In this document: one piece after another, positions 62,541 to 64,000 of the stretch
Position numbering within the stretch: the stretch's first letter is position 1
How the letters are laid out: the number at the start of each line of letters is the position of its first letter
NCBI GenBank assembly: GCA_035221665.1
Contig: CM069142.1
Coordinates: 34,658,001 to 34,722,000, forward strand
Source of the DNA: Okamejei kenojei
Taxonomy: Eukaryota
Direction of reading: 5' to 3'
DNA: 64,000 nt
Made by a program: the position numbers and the translations under genes
Notes under the pieces: model-generated
Database searches by the model: none
The model's input: the letters and a program-made list of their open reading frames with translations, nothing else
Told to the model about the DNA's origin: nothing

Positions 62541-63531
62541 ATCCGCCTAAACTCTAAATTCTACGGGCCGTATGGCCTACTACTGCACCTATTGTCTAAA
62601 GTTAGATCCAATTGGATCCAGAGTTTCTTCAGAAATGAATTTTGTTTCATTCACGATTTTTCAAATCTTTACAAGTTTGACCAGTCAGAAGGTTCTGCTT
62701 TGGCCAAGTTGCATTTAATCAATTCTAGTCAATTTGTATTGTTGTCACTAAACAAAACTGTTGCACTTTGTAACTATAGTGATGGCATGTTTCATCATAA
62801 ATTTAGACTCCCTGCACTGCCTTCAAGGAGAGGTATTATATATTAAAAAAGGACACAAATTGCTGGAGTAACTCAGCAGGTCAGGCAGTATTTCTGAAGA
62901 ACATGGATAGATGATGTTTAGGGTTCTCGATCTTAAACATCACCTATCCATGTTCTCCAGGGATGCTTCCTGACCTGAGTTTCTCTGGCAATGTGTCCTT
63001 TTTTGTGTATTAACCGGAATCTGCAGTTCCTTGATTCTACGAGGTGTTATACATAACACGGCCATCCTGGTTTGAAGTCTTATAGTCAACATGTTTAACG
63101 AGCTTTGCAATATTAAAATTAACCTATGGGTCATAAGTGTCACACACCAGCCTGATGCACAAGCTTCTTGCTGGGCAGGCAATTATTTAGGCGTGTCCTG
63201 TTACTCAGTTATCGCGGTGTTAAATTTTTTATTGTGAGGTGGAAGCCTTTACTGCAAACCATAACCACAAAATCTTCGTACTGTTTGCACTGTAATATGT
63301 ACTCTAATCTAAAACTCCTATATTCAATGGGCACTTCAGTTGGAATGTAAACATAGCTTAACTTGTTGGGATATTCCCAATTTCACATTGTTTGGATGGA
63401 CATCCTATTTTAGAAATTTTCTATGTATCAATAGTGCATGATACGGCTGAATTTACTTTGTGATACAAATGTTTAATGTGAATTTTACATTGTGATGCGC
63501 TTTGTTTGAATCCTCGTGTAATTTAGTTGTT

Positions 63532-63537
63532 AATAAA
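63532..63537 (+). terminator. Candidate distal polyadenylation signal AATAAA
   Basis: Ends a repeat-free, U/UG-rich block (63050-63540) typical of distal 3' UTR ends; motif and context only. Confidence 0.35.
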
Positions 63538-64000
63538 ATGTTGGATCTTGAAAAAAAATTGTAATGGATTCAGCCCAGTCTAAACAGCTGTGATTGTGAA
63601 ACTAAATGTTTCTATTTAAAGACCTGCTGGCTCGTTGACGTCTCTTCTCTTACCCCAGTGATTGATTTTGCTTTTATAGTTGACGAATGGTATCAAGGTA
63701 AACAACCTGAGAAGCTGCATTGCTGGCATAAATTGGGTGAATTATGTGTTAGCCACAACATTGGAACAATTCCTCGCTCGTCTTCCAGTAGAGAATTATA
63801 CTTTCTTGTGTCCACCTGAAAGAGCCAAAATTTCATCTGAAAACTAATTTTTCTCACGCTGCTGTATTCTGGTGTTGGGCAGAAGGATCTTTTCCATGTT
63901 GTATGGCTCCAAGACTCTCCCTGTCTGGTAAATGGGAAACTAATCACATGGGCTGTTTTATTCTTTAATGTGATGTTGATGTTGCTTTATCCTTCCAGTC

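Overview
Eukaryotic (vertebrate) genomic DNA. The repeat content (HE1/V-SINEs, many CR1 subfamilies, Penelope) points to an elasmobranch, probably a skate or ray; that is inference. The window holds the 3' part of one + strand gene, IGSF3 (EWI-3). Seven symmetric phase-1 V-set Ig exons (Ig2-Ig8) and the terminal TM/cytoplasmic exon splice in frame (3092 nt CDS, 8479-54962). The signal-peptide and Ig1 exons are not seen and must lie upstream. Introns and the downstream region are dominated by TEs: about 30 V-SINE copies, CR1 and Rex1/Babar LINE fragments, an internally deleted Ty3/Gypsy element with both LTRs, Penelope GIY-YIG remnants, a Harbinger-type MITE and two short retroposon families I cannot name. 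The most interesting non-coding signal is about 20 dispersed Penelope-derived units carrying a minimal hammerhead-ribozyme-like core (CUGAAGA-A-GGGUCnnGACCC-GAAACGUC). Several sit in inverted pairs and some have their own TSDs. There is one 306-N assembly gap. Exon boundaries are exact. Most repeat boundaries are approximate (about +/-20 bp) unless TSDs or termini are given.
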